A stretch of 64,000 bases of DNA from Ruditapes philippinarum (lineage: Eukaryota), in NCBI RefSeq assembly GCF_026571515.1, contig NW_026863607.1, positions 186,001 through 250,000 of the forward strand. Direction: 5' to 3'. The notes below the pieces were generated by a model. That model searched no databases. It was given only the letters and a program-made list of their open reading frames with translations, and had not been told where the DNA came from. Positions within the stretch are counted from its first letter, which is position 1. Every line of letters starts with the position of its first letter. Both the position numbers and the translations under genes were made by a program. This document shows positions 36,873 to 51,905 of the stretch, one piece after another.

Positions 36873-39800
36873 AGCGAGTGTCTTACTCGAAGGTTATTTA
36901 AAGTAATTTTACGTTTTATTTTATAATACAGTTCTGTAATTGAATACGACATTCCAATAACGCCGCTAAATAGCCGTTTAATTACTCAAATGAATTAACA
37001 TAAATCACTGCCAAACAATAAAATTTAAAAAAAAGATAGCATGTACATTATTTAAATGATTTTCGTAAAATCTGTTAAATAATATACACACCGAATTAAG
37101 CAATCGTTGTCACTTATCTATTATTTCCATGTGTTTTATAATAAAGAAATAGAAAACAAACAAACAACCTTGTGATTATATTATATCACACCAGGGTTTT
37201 TATTGAATTTCAATTATTTGAAAAAATCTATCTTTAGGTTAGTTTTTCGGTAACAATATACATGCCTTGGCCTTTTATCAGCAAGCAAGAGTGTCTTTAA
37301 AATTAATGATTGGCTTGTTTTATATTTGATTCTTCTTACAAAGTTTTTCATTTATTTTAATGGATTGTCTCTCACACAACATAATACAAATCTTAGAAGA
37401 GTTGTCTTATACATCCATGGATTAGACATGATAGAGAATCCTCTTAAAACAGTCATACAAGATCATACCGATACTGGTGTTACTCTCAGACTGAGTTTAA
37501 TAAATATCACAAATCCGAAGCTATACTGTAAAGAAAATGAGGCAAAGACAAATGCCATAGCTTATTCTATACCATCCTAGATAAGAGGTCTATGAAGTAG
37601 TCATGGCGTGTCATAAATATCCCTATTTATCTACAAAATTCTTTTTCATTTTCCCTTATAAGACATCTTTACGCCCTATATTGCGTGACTACGCTTTAAA
37701 TAGATTGCAATCTATTCTTCATTTTGACTAGCGATAGAAATAAAAAGGCTTAATGTTGACATAGCGTTTAACAAAGACTTTATATTCATTAGAATAGTTA
37801 TCTTTACTGTATGTATATCCTATATACATCAAATAAACGTGGAACGTGGAACAATATTTTATCATATTTGCAGTAAGCTTTCAAAGGTTCGTCATATTTT
37901 GATCAATAGAACTAATATTAATACAAGAAAACTTAATGCAATCTAAGTCATATATAGCCTTATTATGTGCCATTGCATCTAAATCACTATTTGACAAGAA
38001 GGGTTTATTGATTCTATATCGTCTCTTACCATTATTACTGTTGTAGTACTAAAACTAATTGTTTATCATTATGTAAGGCTTTTTGCTTATATATTTGTTA
38101 TTATATATTTTTGAATGAATATATATTTGCTGAATATTTAATATTTGTAACAAATAAAAAGTGATTTGTTTTTCAAGCATTTGAGGTTTTGTGTACATTT
38201 ACATAAGACAATGTAAGGTAAGAAACATTATTCTAATTTTTATATAAAACTTTTAAAGGCCCATTTTTTCTGAGGTCATAACATGTCAAAAATGGATAGG
38301 ACTAAATTACGTTATAATCGATAAGAAACACATGCAAACGTTGTCAAATATTCAAGTTTTTTTGTTATCTATTGTACAATGTATTCAGTGTATTTTATTT
38401 ATAACGTAATGCATTCTTATTGTTCTGAACTGTTGCTTAGTAACCGTGTATAATTTTACACGTTTCCTTTATAAATAGACAAACGTTCAATACCATGTTA
38501 CTGTATATAGTCTCATAAATTAGTTTGTGTTAGAGCGCATCTGTCAAGATAAAACGTAATCACAAAGAGGTTAATTTCGGTAGCATTCCAAGTGTTTGTT
38601 TAAGTGTCGCTTACAAAGCCATGGTGCATACGATTAATCAAATGTTTATCTAACTGATTAATACAACTTAACAGGTTTTGATGTAGGTGCAAATGAGGTC
38701 AGTGAAGAATAAATGAATACCTATCACCATGTTTTGTTGCAAGTTTCTTACATCTCAAGGATACTCTTTAATATACGTTGTTTGTTTTGTATATTTGAGT
38801 TGCTCTTTTTTGTTTCTTTTTTATGTTGTTGTTGTTGCCGTCGTCGTTTTTGGTACTTTTTTGCGGGGAGGGTGGATTCTTCGCACCAACATCACGATTA
38901 GATTTTTCGTAGGTAAATTGATATATATGGCGGCCGTTTCGACCTCCTTATTTGTTTTCTGAGATTTTTACTGTCAATGAAAGTGTAAATAACATGCCGT
39001 TTCGACCTCCTTATTTGTTTGCTGAGATTTTTACTGTCAATGAAAGTGTAAATAACAATGGTCAACTTCACTTATTCATTCAATTTTATGCCAGTATTGT
39101 CAATATTTTTATACAAAATGAACAAGTAGGCAACATGTTTGTTTGTTTGTTTTCTGAGGTATGACATTGCCTACTAAGCTTAAAAAAAATGTAAGTTATA
39201 GAGCCTTTCCTACTTATTATTTTCCAAGTTCTCCCAATGGAAGTGGAAAGCCGACTAGGTGGTTTGACTGCTGAACTATGACCAAACAAGTGATGAAATT
39301 GGTGTTATAGCAAACCTATTCGCATTTACACGTTGATCGACACGTTTTGAATGTTTCCAAATATAGGAGAAATAAATATGATTTTAATGATCAAATCAAT
39401 AATTAGGATTTTAAGTTTGTAAGACATGAATACAAGACAATAAATATTCATTTAAAATAAAGTGTTTAGAAGTAAATACTAAAATGCTATACCCTTCTAT
39501 ATTGTACTGTTGTATAGAATATTCACCATGAAAATCCGTATCGTATTATATAATCGTACGGTAAAACACAGGCATATAAACACATTGTTATAAGAATACA
39601 ATTTAGTTTGGTTCTGTTGGTTCAATTAATCATTTATAACAATTTTATTAGAAACGATCTTGTCGGATTTCAACAAGTAAGATTTAAACAAATTAAATGA
39701 AAGCAAAACGGCTCGTCTGAATATTTGGATTGTGGGAAAATCAGGGACAAATTTAAATCTCAACAGAAGCGAATCTAATTTGCAAGACATTATGTTATAG

Positions 39801-42800
39801 ACACTTCTATATCTGTCAGACACAAGGGTTAAATGCATTAGACATAAAATTAAATAGTTAATGGCTTTGACAGACGTTACGTCTTTACAATTTTATAAAA
39901 CATGCATTTTCGATGGATTTGAAATTTTGCACATGAACTACTAAACCGGCATTAGTTTATCTAAAACAAATGGCCCAAAGCATGTGTTTACCTTCATATG
40001 AACAATATTTTTCGGTTTTAACAAAGAGCATAAACAAAGTGGTTGTCAATACATAATTGTCATTTTGTATATATCTAAGTTAATATTGTTATAACTTAAA
40101 AGCGGTTTTCATGAAGATTTTAAGATTTCAAATAAACGTGCTCGGTAGCTTGTAATTACCAGTAGCGCCCATGAACAGACTTAATCATACCGAGCTTGCA
40201 ACATTTTCAATTTTATTTTTTGGACATTTTTAGGGGTTTCGTTTTTCTCTATTGCTGTAGAATGACATGTTAAGAGATAAACCCAATATGTTACAACTTT
40301 CGAATACAGATAATTACAATTATCTCAATCTAAATACTATGATTTCGTAAAAAGAACATAGGCATATGACCCCAACTTACCGGTAATAGCAAAATCGATG
40401 ATACTATCAGAGAGTGAATTTAAAGTTTACAGTAAAACAGATTAAACTTACATTTTAGGCAATATATCACATAAAATTACGAGCTTTTGTGCCATGTGAA
40501 ATATAAATAAATCGAAAATTAACATCACACAGTTCTTTAATTAAACGTTTCACTTTTAGCGTTTAGTAAGTGTTCTTCTGTAACTTGTGGCATAAAAACC
40601 ATAAATTAACTTGAATTTATTAGACCATAGAGAAATTATTTGGTAACCCACTCATTCAAAGGTAAACATTGAACAAGAGAAAAAGTAAATATTCATTCAA
40701 GAGTTCGATTGTTTTATTATTATTAAATATTCACAACAAATGTATCAATTTAAATCAGTTATTATTTTGGCGCAGACCATTAGTTGTTTAAATTTTACAA
40801 CACTTGATCAGACTTACATATATTTTAAGTACGACTTAGTACGTTTTAAACAATCAAACGTTTTGTTTAATATTTCAAATGATGATTATCGTTACTTTCA
40901 GGCAGTCAAGTCAAGTCAAGTCAAGTTAGAACCCCGTGAGGTCAAGCCGTTGTTTCATTTAGCAAGTCACTTTACAGAAGCATACGCATTGCACAGTATT
41001 TGTTTGTTAGAGGAACGGAATTCAGCTTTTAAGAAACACGATATAATCGAGAATTAGAAATAATGTGTATCAAAGAAATTAACTAGATTTATGATTAATA
41101 TAATTTGGTTAAAATAAATTTAACAAGTCATCAGTAAAGTCAAATACTTTAGTGGCAAAAACAAATACACGTTTATCCTGCAGATAATATATAAATTATT
41201 AAGTAAATTATTTTATACAGTTTAATTAACTATTCACAAAAGTCATCAAAATATCGATCTTAGTCAAACAAGTATATATAAACGAATACCTACATATAAG
41301 TAAATACTTTTTTAGCCTCTTATACATATTACAATAAGTCAATAACCATTTGTTTTGTCTTTAAGTAAACATACATTTGTTTTGAAATATTATTTAAATG
41401 AATATTGATCCAAAATATCTTTTGAAAGCAAGTATCCATTTTGCTTTTACCTTGACCATTATAACCAAAGCAAAAAAATGTTTCCAACAAAATTCATGTT
41501 CGCTAATTTCCAGCAGACTTCTTCCACAACATTAATCCGTACCAGTTGGTAGATATCAACAGCTCCCCATGACATAATTTAATAACCTTTACAATGCAAA
41601 TCAATCTTTATTTATATCAAACCTACTTAGCTGTTATACTTTTCAGAAAAGAACGCATACTTGATTATTTTGTACTAGTCTTGTTAGAATAAAATATAAA
41701 TGCAGCTTATTCAGTGTTTGAATTAATCAATTTTAATTTATCACTTTTTACATCATGTACATAGTAGCACATTATTTATGTAAATAGAAGTTCAATAATA
41801 ATAACATTATAATATCTATAATATTATAATATTTATAACCTTTTCTGAATCCTCATGTTTTACTTCAAAGGTTAAACTGACAAGACCGACGCACTTTCCT
41901 ATTGTTTCAGTCAAACGCACCTTTCCGTTAAAAGAAGTATTAACATAAAAGCATGTAAACATGATAACAATCTCTCTTTGAGGTATTTATTTAACATTAA
42001 ACACATGCAGGGTGCGAGGAAAGGTTACCCATCATTCAGTTCGTTAATCGATAAACGTAATCTCATGAGGTGTGTATTGTCCATAATGAGTTCACAACTA
42101 TGATAATAAGTGAGTTGGAAAACAATCAAATTATTTAGATAAAATAGATTCATAAGTAATTGATATTTTCAGCTTATTAGTGTATATTTATTCACTCATT
42201 TGAGGTTTATTTTAATTTTTGGAAATGTGTCACATTTGTTGTTTTGAACTGATGTTATCTTAATCAGAATGCATAACCTTTGTAGAATTACATACAGACG
42301 TAAAAAAGAAAATGATTCCCGAAACAGCAGGATACCTTTCTTTAAGTAATGTTCTTTAGAATGCTAAAGAATAGCCATTCATATAATTATGATAAGAAAT
42401 CCTACTGCGTCATCAACTAGTCTTCTTAGGATGTATTTTACACTTAATTATATAAATTCTAAACCAATGATATAATAACATAGGTTCCACTCCCACCTTC
42501 TATGCTAGAGTTACATTTTTTTTTATTTCTTATTCATTAAATCTTTAGTTTGATTTAGACAAAATGAAGGCGTTTTAACAGTTTTGTAGCGTAATGAAAA
42601 TAAAGGGTTTTGACATATCAAGTGGTGTAATCAAGTAATAACAGCTGTTCAGACGTAAAAAATAAAAATCAATACTCATATAATTGTATTTATTTCAGAA
42701 ACGTATTAGAGAAAGCATTAAAATGGTTGTTGCAAACAAAGTATATCATGTCGTCGTTGTCTACTGTTGGGGTTTATTTTTATCACGAGGATTGCGCCAC

Positions 42801-42865
42801 AAATTTGTGGGTAAATATTCTTTGTGGTTCTTAGTTCCTCTGCTGTTTTAATGCAAACATAATCT
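36873..42865 (+). repeat. Segmental tandem duplication A, copy 2; its first ~300 bp recur at ~43428-44145
   Basis: Same blocks as copy 1. In addition agcgagtgtc...aagtaattt[t/c]acgttttatt and ttccaat[a/t]acgccgc..aatagc..tttaattactca are shared between 36873-37170 and 43428-44145. Confidence 0.88.
38933..39057 (+). repeat. Tandem duplication of a ~63-bp unit
   Basis: gccgtttcgacctccttatttgttt[t/g]ctgagatttttactgtcaatgaaagtgtaaataaca occurs twice; the paralog at ~30592-30652 has one copy. Confidence 0.9.
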
Positions 42866-43829
42866 GGCAAACGTTTTTCGCGTTAGTAATTATAAAAAGT
42901 CATGTTTATTCGACAAATTTACAGGAAAGACTTTCATGTAAACCATCATGGTTAGAAAAAAATGAAATAACTTAACAGCAAAAACGGACGTATATAACCC
43001 GGAATGAGACATACCGTAAATTTTATCTCTTTTGAGTCAAGGCATGTTGAAAACATGCAAAATAAAATGATCCTACTGGGTAACATTTACGTGGATTATA
43101 AGAGCATTGTCAAGTGTTATTTACTTTTTTATTTACTTCACAATACTTGTAAACATGCTACTTTCAAGATCTCCAGCCTAAAATATAATTTATTAACTTT
43201 TTGCAATTATATATTTTGTTAAGCAATTGATGGATTGCAATAAACATGATAAAATGTTAGATGTCTTTTTATGAAAAAAATATAATTTTGAAAGTCGCTT
43301 TTCTGTAATGCGATCGGTATTTTCCGCAACTATTTTCGCTCGCAACGAAGGAATATCCCTATTAACCGCGTTAACATATATGTAAGGCATCCATGTGTGA
43401 ATACATCAAAGTATCGAAGTGTCAGCAGCGAGTGTCATAATCGAAGATTATGTAAAGTAATTTCACGTTTTATTCATTATTATTTCATGCTTTCCAGTAT
43501 TTTACTGTAATATATCAGATGATTATATTCTGATAAACCAATGCATTTGTAGTAAAATCTATAAAATTTTCACAGTAGTCGGACTATATCTGAATGCGGA
43601 TGAAAAAGAAAATCATAACTTAATGGAATAACAGGCACAAATAAATGCCGTCATACGTCAAATCTTGCTTCTCTAGGAAAAGAAAGTCGATGTCATCATG
43701 CATGCATCATGTTAGAAATGTAACAAAATTAAAGAAAATTAACAGAACTATATTTAAAAAAAGATGATGCGACTTAATGATGTGTAGTAAAATTAAGTAT
43801 ATTTCATTTTTCATGTTCTTGAAAAATGA

Positions 43830-43897
43830 CTATGCCACTCGTGAAAATATTGCATCTGGTGTTCACTTTTACATGCAAAACAAACAAATAACCTATG
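43830..43897. mobile_element. MITE terminal remnant
   Basis: atgccactcgtgaaaatattgcatctggtgttcact...aaacaaacaaataacctat resembles one arm of a common bivalve palindromic MITE. It lies in sequence absent from the paralogous 36920-36950 region. Confidence 0.4.
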
Positions 43898-44744
43898 TAC
43901 ACTGTGCTGTTTTTCCAATTACGCCGCCGAATAGCTATTTAATTACTCATATGAATGATATCGTAAGAACTATTGTAGACACAAATCACTGCCAATCAAT
44001 AAAAGAAGTCATGTACATTATTTCAAAGATTTACGGAAATATCTTAAGGTCCAGCCCTAAAATAATATACAGGCCGACTTACAGCAACCGTCTAAACTTT
44101 ATTTTCATGTATTTTATAATAAGATAGAAACAAACAAAAAACCAAACAAACGATTATCTTGACAAATGTTATATTCTATATACAAAATTTACACTGGATA
44201 TTCATTGGTTGGGAATTAAAGGTTTATAATCGGTGTTATGTGGCAAGAGGGCTGTTGCAAATTTCTTTATCCCGCATGTACAGACTTAATCAAACCGAGT
44301 CTGCAATGTTCGGGTTATTTTTTGCGATTAATGCTTCCGAGGGATCACACTTTTTCTAGATTTTTGTATGTGAAATGACGACGTTTATAAAACTTTATAT
44401 AGTTATAAGACCCCTAGAAATTACAATTCGGGGCATTATTCAATGCACGATTATTCACATTCAACCCTATAAAAAATCTTAGAATATTGGTTGTGCATAA
44501 CAAGATATTATCATAATTACATGACGTAAATGTCGAGAGTTCTGATCACCCTTGACTCACTAACAGTTGACTTAAGATTTAAACATGCAAGCTAAAGTAT
44601 TGTGTTATTTAGTACTGGTGACACTTATGAACTTTACATACAATATCTAAAATAAAAGATTTGAGCGCCGAAATGAATGATTTGACTCCACAAGCATACC
44701 TTACGTTCTGTTTATTGTTTTTAGGACTTGGGGGTTATACACCG

Positions 44745-44975
44745 CTTGTCATCGAATAGCACTAACGTGTCACATTGAAAGTTCCATCATAACCGCCATG
44801 TGAACACATCTGCGGATGTCTTCAGATTTCACTTTTTTTCAGTTTAAGTGTTTGATACTCTTTAAGCTGATGCAAATGGGCATGGGCGGACGGAAGCTTG
44901 CAACTGCCAATACCGTCAATGAACAGGCTAGATCACACGGAGCCTGCAATTTTGTCATTTCATGCGTTCTTTAGG
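44745..44975 (-). repeat. Dispersed repeat fragment; inverted copy at ~62545-62770
   Basis: cataaccgccatgtgaacacatctgcggatgt is the reverse complement of acatccgcagatgtgttcatacggcggttatg (62699-62730). Flanking matches include gagcctgcaa/ttgcaggctc and tgcgttctt/aagaacgca. Confidence 0.75.
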
Positions 44976-45120
44976 GGTTACGTTTTCTCACTTCTACAAG
45001 CCTAATGATGTACAGGCGCAACAATTTGTCATATAACGCATGCATATTTTTGTTGATTTTTGTTTTCGAATTCGTGGTATCCTTACTAGAAAGTGCAAAT
45101 CTCAAGAGTATGGTTTCTAA

Positions 45121-48100
45121 TAACCAAAATAAAAATGTTTATGTAATGATAGAAGAGAAGGTAAATCTTAAAAACGACATCAAAAAGTCAATTACTTATG
45201 ACACTTTTTTGTGTTAGTGATTTATCTGTAGAAGAAAATGTATCAATTAAATATAAGAAAAAATATCAATATTGAAGAAATTTGATCAATTGTGACTAAG
45301 TTAAACGAGACAGAAGGAGAATAAGCTATTTTGTTTAGACTGAAAAAGTCGATAGTATGACCAGCTTGAAATGACATGCCATTTAATTAAAACCGACAAA
45401 AGTGTTTTCTGAAGCTGCATATTGTGTTACTTAAAAGCTCTAAAAGAGATAAGTTATGCTATAGTTTCAGTCAGACACACCCTTTCATCGGAAGATGTCA
45501 TTTCAGAAAGGCATGTAAGCATGCATGATGATAATCTCTCTTCGAAGTGTTTATTTAGTACTGTAAACACGTATAGTGTTCAAGGAAAGGTTACAATATA
45601 TTGTTCAATTTGATAAAATAATCAGATAATATGTGTTTTGTCCACAAAGGAGTTCACACGAATCATAATGAATAACTTGCAAAACAATCAAGTAATTTAG
45701 ATTAGATTTAATGATTTTTTAAAATGTTTGGAAAATGGAATGTTATGATATTTTCCCTAGCCTCTTAAAGTTATCATCAGTAGGTTTATTGTAATTTGTA
45801 TGAAATAAGCTCCGAATATGTATTCAAAAACATGTATAAACAGGTTTAGACAAATGAAGAAATCAAGTTATAAAAGTTGAGCAGGCGTAAATGAGTAAAT
45901 CAATGTTGACGTTGACGCTCATATATTTGTTTTAGAATTGTTTTACAAAAATAAACAACATTCTGATGGTTTCCTATTCAGAATGAAAAATCGCTTGATC
46001 TATTGTTTGTTAATCAAAAGGATGGCTCAACAAGTTCGTAGGTAATTATGTTTGTTTGTTTGTTTGTTTGTTATGTAGCAAACCGCAATTCGGCTGCAGT
46101 TTGTCCAGACAGCCTACATAATAATGATTAGTAAGATATTGTAAACATACCAATAGCACCAAATAAAAACTAATTTAAAGCACCAGAAACGAATGTATCC
46201 CGAAACGACTGTTTATCTTAATATTGTAAATAATTAACTTTATTAAAACATGCAACATACAAAAAATGATCATAGTTACTAGGAACATAAAACTTTAGAA
46301 GGTTATGGCAAAGAACCTCACACTTACTTGAAGTGTCAATACAAGAAAGCAAAAGAATATTTTAATGCTTAAAGTGGCATATTAAAGAAAAATTAATTCT
46401 CTTGAATATGGTTCATCGACTGATAATAGTTCAATATCTTGTGATAAAAGTATCAATTATATTACAATCGTCGTCATTTCGAATATTTATCTCATTTAAG
46501 ATATGGTATCAAGGTAGTAAAATGAGCCGCATTTGTCACATTTTCAGACTGTTTCATATAATTATATTTTAAAGATGTATATATGTGATACAACAACTCT
46601 TATTAAATCCTACGTATAGTAGGCCTCAAAGTTACAACACGGGGCACCAATCATTACATGATAATCCCCTCTTAATTAGTTAGTTATTATCATTATATAT
46701 ACACATTATTTGAATTTTTATTAACTTATAGAATAGAATTTGTCATTGTTAAAGAAAAGGTACAAACTATGGTTGGAATAAAAAAGTCAACAATAAATAA
46801 CCATACTCAGAGTAGTCACTCATCATGTACATATAAAATAAAGAAATATTAGTAATTTTTAAATCCATGTTTTTTGCTGAGGCATGCTATGACCAGAACA
46901 TGTCTTTACAGCTAATTATAACGTTTTCACAACATAGTTTAATCTCACTTTGTGGTCAATGCAAACACAATCAGAGTGCACATAAAGGTAACCCATTACT
47001 AGATGTTGTATCTTATTGATGAACTCTGTGTGATAAAATGAGATTTGTCAATAAAATAGTTCACCAACTCTAATGAGTGTTTTGTTTTCAAAAACAATCA
47101 GTCGATTAAGATAAGATTTATTCAAGAGTCGTTGACATTTCTTCTCATAGAGTTGATATTTGAACAAACGCGTAAGTCTACTCGTACTTGAATTAAAATT
47201 ATTACAATGAGTTAACTTATTTCGACAATTATAAATTTAAGTTTTAAACTTATTAGCTGTTCCCACACTTATAAGATATGTTTCATTTCTACTGCATTGT
47301 TGTTTCAAACACCGTTATATATTGTTTAATTATTTATTACTTTATATGTAATATAATTATTTAATGATAAAGCAACAAAATCGAATTGTAAAGGTCATGC
47401 AGTCACAAAATTTCTAATTGGCGGAATAATATTCATAAGCATATTATAGCACGTGAGTAACGTCAATTTTTATGGAACATTTGTGTACATATTCAAGGCT
47501 CTGCAAATTCATAAATGAGTGTTTATTAAAGTCGTTATTTACACTTTTGACCGGTTTTATGAACCTACCTTCGTTCAAATTGTATCAAATCAGACACATA
47601 ACCGGTTTCAATTGACCATTTATCGAGATGTTTTGATTCTTTTCATATCAAAACTATTGGTGTGTCTAACCACTTCTAATGTTCTACTCATTTATATATG
47701 TTTATCTGTTCTAATAAGGTGTGCTTTATCCTTAAAGGAGTGCACTTATAAGGATGACAACATAACAGCGACAGTAATTCTGGTTTTATTGAAGTAAACT
47801 GAATTGTCGTTAACGATAAGTGATACCGAGAGTCCATGATTTAATTTGAAAACCTGTTTGTAATTGTTCACTGATTAAACTTGCAGTTGTTACGTGAAAA
47901 CAGATGACCAATTTGTATAATCGGTGTTACAAACGTTATCATCGTATCATCGGTTTACTCTTGGCTAATTTATCAATCACCGATGGCTCTGTGTAACTTT
48001 GGCAAACCAAAGTCGAATACAGTTTATTATTTCTGTATAAATATAAGTTATTGAACAACTGAGATAGAAATTTATTTGACTTTTAAAAGGAAGAAGAGCA

Positions 48101-51100
48101 TTAAGCAAATTGTTTGACAATGGCAAGAGATGAATACCATTGAAAGGATTTTAGGATATCTTCATACATTGCTTTGAGGGTGTAACTTACTACTGTGCAG
48201 TACAGTGCAGTACCTGTAGATTCTTGCAGAAAACATCATCACGAAGTTCAAACTTTCCGCCGATTCTTACATTTTTAATTAATAAATCGGCAGGAAAAAA
48301 TGAATTAGTTAGCCGTCTAAACAACAAGAATAAATTTATTGAATAATTTAAATCACTACAAAGCTACGCAAAAAGAAGATTACTATGATTCGAAATATCT
48401 AGTCTTTTAAAATACCTTACTTATGCTTCGAATTTGATTCTTGAACATTTATAATTGATTTACTCAATTGTGTTCTTTAATGTTATACTCTTGTTATATT
48501 CACAAAACAACTCTTATTAAAGAAATTCTTCACTATGTTTCTTTACCACCGAACTTTTTGGACTATTACTTTTTAGAAGACTTGAACTTAATATGCCCAC
48601 TATAACCATGCAAGTAAAAATGAAATAATTTTGATGGGTATTGATTATTTTAAAAAATGAACTTTCAGTATGACGACTGATTCGCGCCATGACGTACATT
48701 CACATTTTCGCCATACTGATTGTAACTTTCAAATTTTCGAGTTTGCGACAATGTGACACATATTCAATGTTTTGTGTTTTCGTTTAAAAAGTGTCTTTTC
48801 TTTGACTGCTTTCGCGGTGTGAACGCGAAAATGCAAAATGTCGACATTGGGTAAATAAGGAAATGTGCTTCAAACAAAACTTAAATAATGAATCATCTAT
48901 GTTAAAAATTACAAGTACGAGGAACATATATTGATATCAAGATATAAGTTAATATGTTTTTTTATAATCCTTATTTGAAAAAGAAACTAAAATCGAACCG
49001 TATGCAAAAAAAATATCATGAAATAATAAGGCAAAGCTTTAAAACTTTAAAAAGGATATGGCTTTCGAAACAATAACTTAGTTGATCTTATATATGACTT
49101 GTTAGCGTTTTACCTCAAAAGTCTAAAGTTTTAACACATTTTTGGTTTTCGTGTTTCTCACTCGTTAAGACAAATACATCTTCTATCGGAAGTGGCAAAA
49201 CAGCTCGTACGTCAATGTAAAATATTATTGATCGATTTTTTGTTACAATCATGTATACTACACAGAAAGCAACTATTTCAAGAATATGAATTTTGGGGGA
49301 AAAAATGATGAAATAAATCATTGGGTAATGAATATTTAAAAACCTATTTTCAACATAACCACTCCTAAACTGATTGATTTGAAGTAAGTGGGAGTGCATA
49401 ATTATGTTTTTCTATAAAATGATTAATTTCACTGTCAAATATAATCCACTGTTAAGATGTTGTATATTGTTAAAATATCCATGTACTAGTATGAATACTT
49501 TATTCCCGACTTTTGTAATAATTGTCTTTTTTAATACCTGCTTTATTTTAACAGTAACTATTTATTTTTATGTCCGAGTTTACGGCAATCTAAAAACAAC
49601 GCTTTGTCATTTTACAACATTCGGTCTACCGGTTATGTTTTAGTTAGATAACTAACCAGAAATTTCTTCGCAAGTTACTGGTATTCCAGCGTGGTAATTA
49701 AAGAAGCATTGAGACACCGCTTCACTCAAGTTTAGTTTGTCTCAGAAAAGCCCTGTTCATTACTTTAATGCTAATTTATGTATTGATTACTTAGGTATAA
49801 TTATTAATTCTTTATTTTTATTTCTTTTTCATATATTATAATTATTTATTTATTTATTTTTCTTTTTTCTCCATCAAAATACGTACCTATTGATGGTGAC
49901 TATTTCTGCCTTTACAATGTCATAACAGATGTTACCTATATTTTAAAATAGGTGTTAAGGAAGCATGTCTCGTAAAATATATTGCTGTTCGTGTTCAGCA
50001 GCAGGGGATTGGTGACGAAAATTTTAAGATTTGTTTTTAAAAGAATGACCATATGTATCACCATATAACTACAATGTTTTATAAGAAAAAGGAAATAGCA
50101 TGTTACATATTAAACTATTTCATAACATGTAAATGTTATATAAATATGAATATATAGATATGTTTAGTATTTGAATTATATTACGCACGTATAAAATAAC
50201 ATCACCGAAACGTTATAATAATTATTTCCAAAACATTTCCTTTGAAAAACGGCCTACTGGCGCGTAAAACGTCAGAATAATTTTTATTTTTCTTTATTAA
50301 AGGGACTCCACTGAGGTTTAAAAGCCGAAAATATTACATTTGAATTTCTTACATAAATAAACTGGGGTACTTTAAACAGAAATATATGCAAAGATAGTCA
50401 AGAAATTTTCTTACTTTTAAATAAACTAAAAATCGTACTCAGTCCGATTTGAGTGGAAAGCGTTTACACACTTTTTCTTTTGGTCAATTTCACATTTAAC
50501 TTAAAAAGAATAAAATATTTAAAATTTGCAAAAATTATTTTAATTACTAAAAGGGGTTTTTGAATTTTTAAAAGATAGTCTAATTGAAAAAATTTAATTT
50601 TCAACTTTAAATTCCCCTTTTGATTTAAAAAAAAACAAAGTAAAAAATTTCCTATTTTTAAAACAAAATATAAAAAACCCAGCAAATCTTCTGCTATTTT
50701 TTTTTATCAGCAGCTTAAAATGATAACCATAAATGGAAACAATAAAACACGTTTCATCTATTTGAAAGATTTATGTTTTCCGTTTAATATGACTAGGTCA
50801 CATTAACCTTAAAATAAGCTGTTTTACTTGCCTGATATAAAGGCATGTTTTTGACTTATGGTAGATATGTCGCTTTATGAAGATACTTTAGAAGTGACTT
50901 GTAACAGTATATATTTACGAACTTTTATTAGTTGCATAGGTTGTTACATGTATAAATGACTGATGATTGCATATGTGCAGTATATAAAAGTAGTGATAAC
51001 AATGTTCAAAGAATGCAAGCCGTGCAAAATGTTGTTGTTTTATTTACTATTTTTAGAACTTTACCAAATTCACTCTTGATTGTTAATTTTCCGAGCTTGC

Positions 51101-51905
51101 AACTAATTCATTAACATCGACATGGCCAACATCAATGCATCTGTTACATACACCATTTTATCTTTATTATTTGATATATGACACCTTATGATGCTTTTTG
51201 CAATCGGATATTTTAGGAATATACGTTTTCCTAGTATACTAGAGGTATGCACATCTCAGTCACGTAATGCATCACGGACATTTTCTTAAGTGCTGCTCAA
51301 TCATGTATTATTGTTTTACCAATAATGATAAATGTTGTATATGTATTCTCTACAGTATTCTTATAGAGTCATCAACGAGGAAAACAAAGAGACTTTTATA
51401 ATTTATTATTACAGTAAGAATTCGTAGAATTTCTTTTGAAAAGTACTTTTATATCAAGCAAAAGGTGTTTGCATTTTTCCTTAGCATAAGCAAGATGTTC
51501 AGTTTCAACAACTCGATTATTTTAGAAAAATCATGCAAAACTAAAATGTTTGACATTATTTAGGAATAGTACTATCACTAAAATGAAAGTAAATCGAAAA
51601 CAAACAAAGCATAATAAACATTTTTACATAATGATTATTAATTTTTTAGATTATAAAAATTTAGTACTAACCAAAAATGGTGTATAAGATTAAAAATAAT
51701 AGAAATGTGATTTTTTTATGTACTTTCTATGTATTATTCCTTTTCCTTTTTTTTCTTTCTGGTTTTTTATTTTTCTTTCTGTTTCTTTTTTCATTTTATG
51801 CCAGTCATGTTAAATATATTCTTCCTTACAAAATGTATATGAGTCTCAAGTGTATACAAATGAATACAAAAATAATTCTTACGTACTTGCCATTGTTAAA
51901 GGAAT
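45121..51905 (+). repeat. Segmental tandem duplication B, copy 1 (paralog at ~53034-63910)
   Basis: Colinear blocks: 45121-45830/53034-53745, 46870-47090/55085-55325, 47588-48445/56973-57825, 49055-49372/62219-62522 and 50950-51500/62955-63510. Confidence 0.9.

Noticed and set aside
28633-37580. Paired ORFs 28633-28962 and 37326-37580 with near-identical C-termini
   Set aside because: The similarity comes from the DNA duplication. Differences are mostly non-synonymous, the N-termini do not align, and I see no domain or convincing splice sites.
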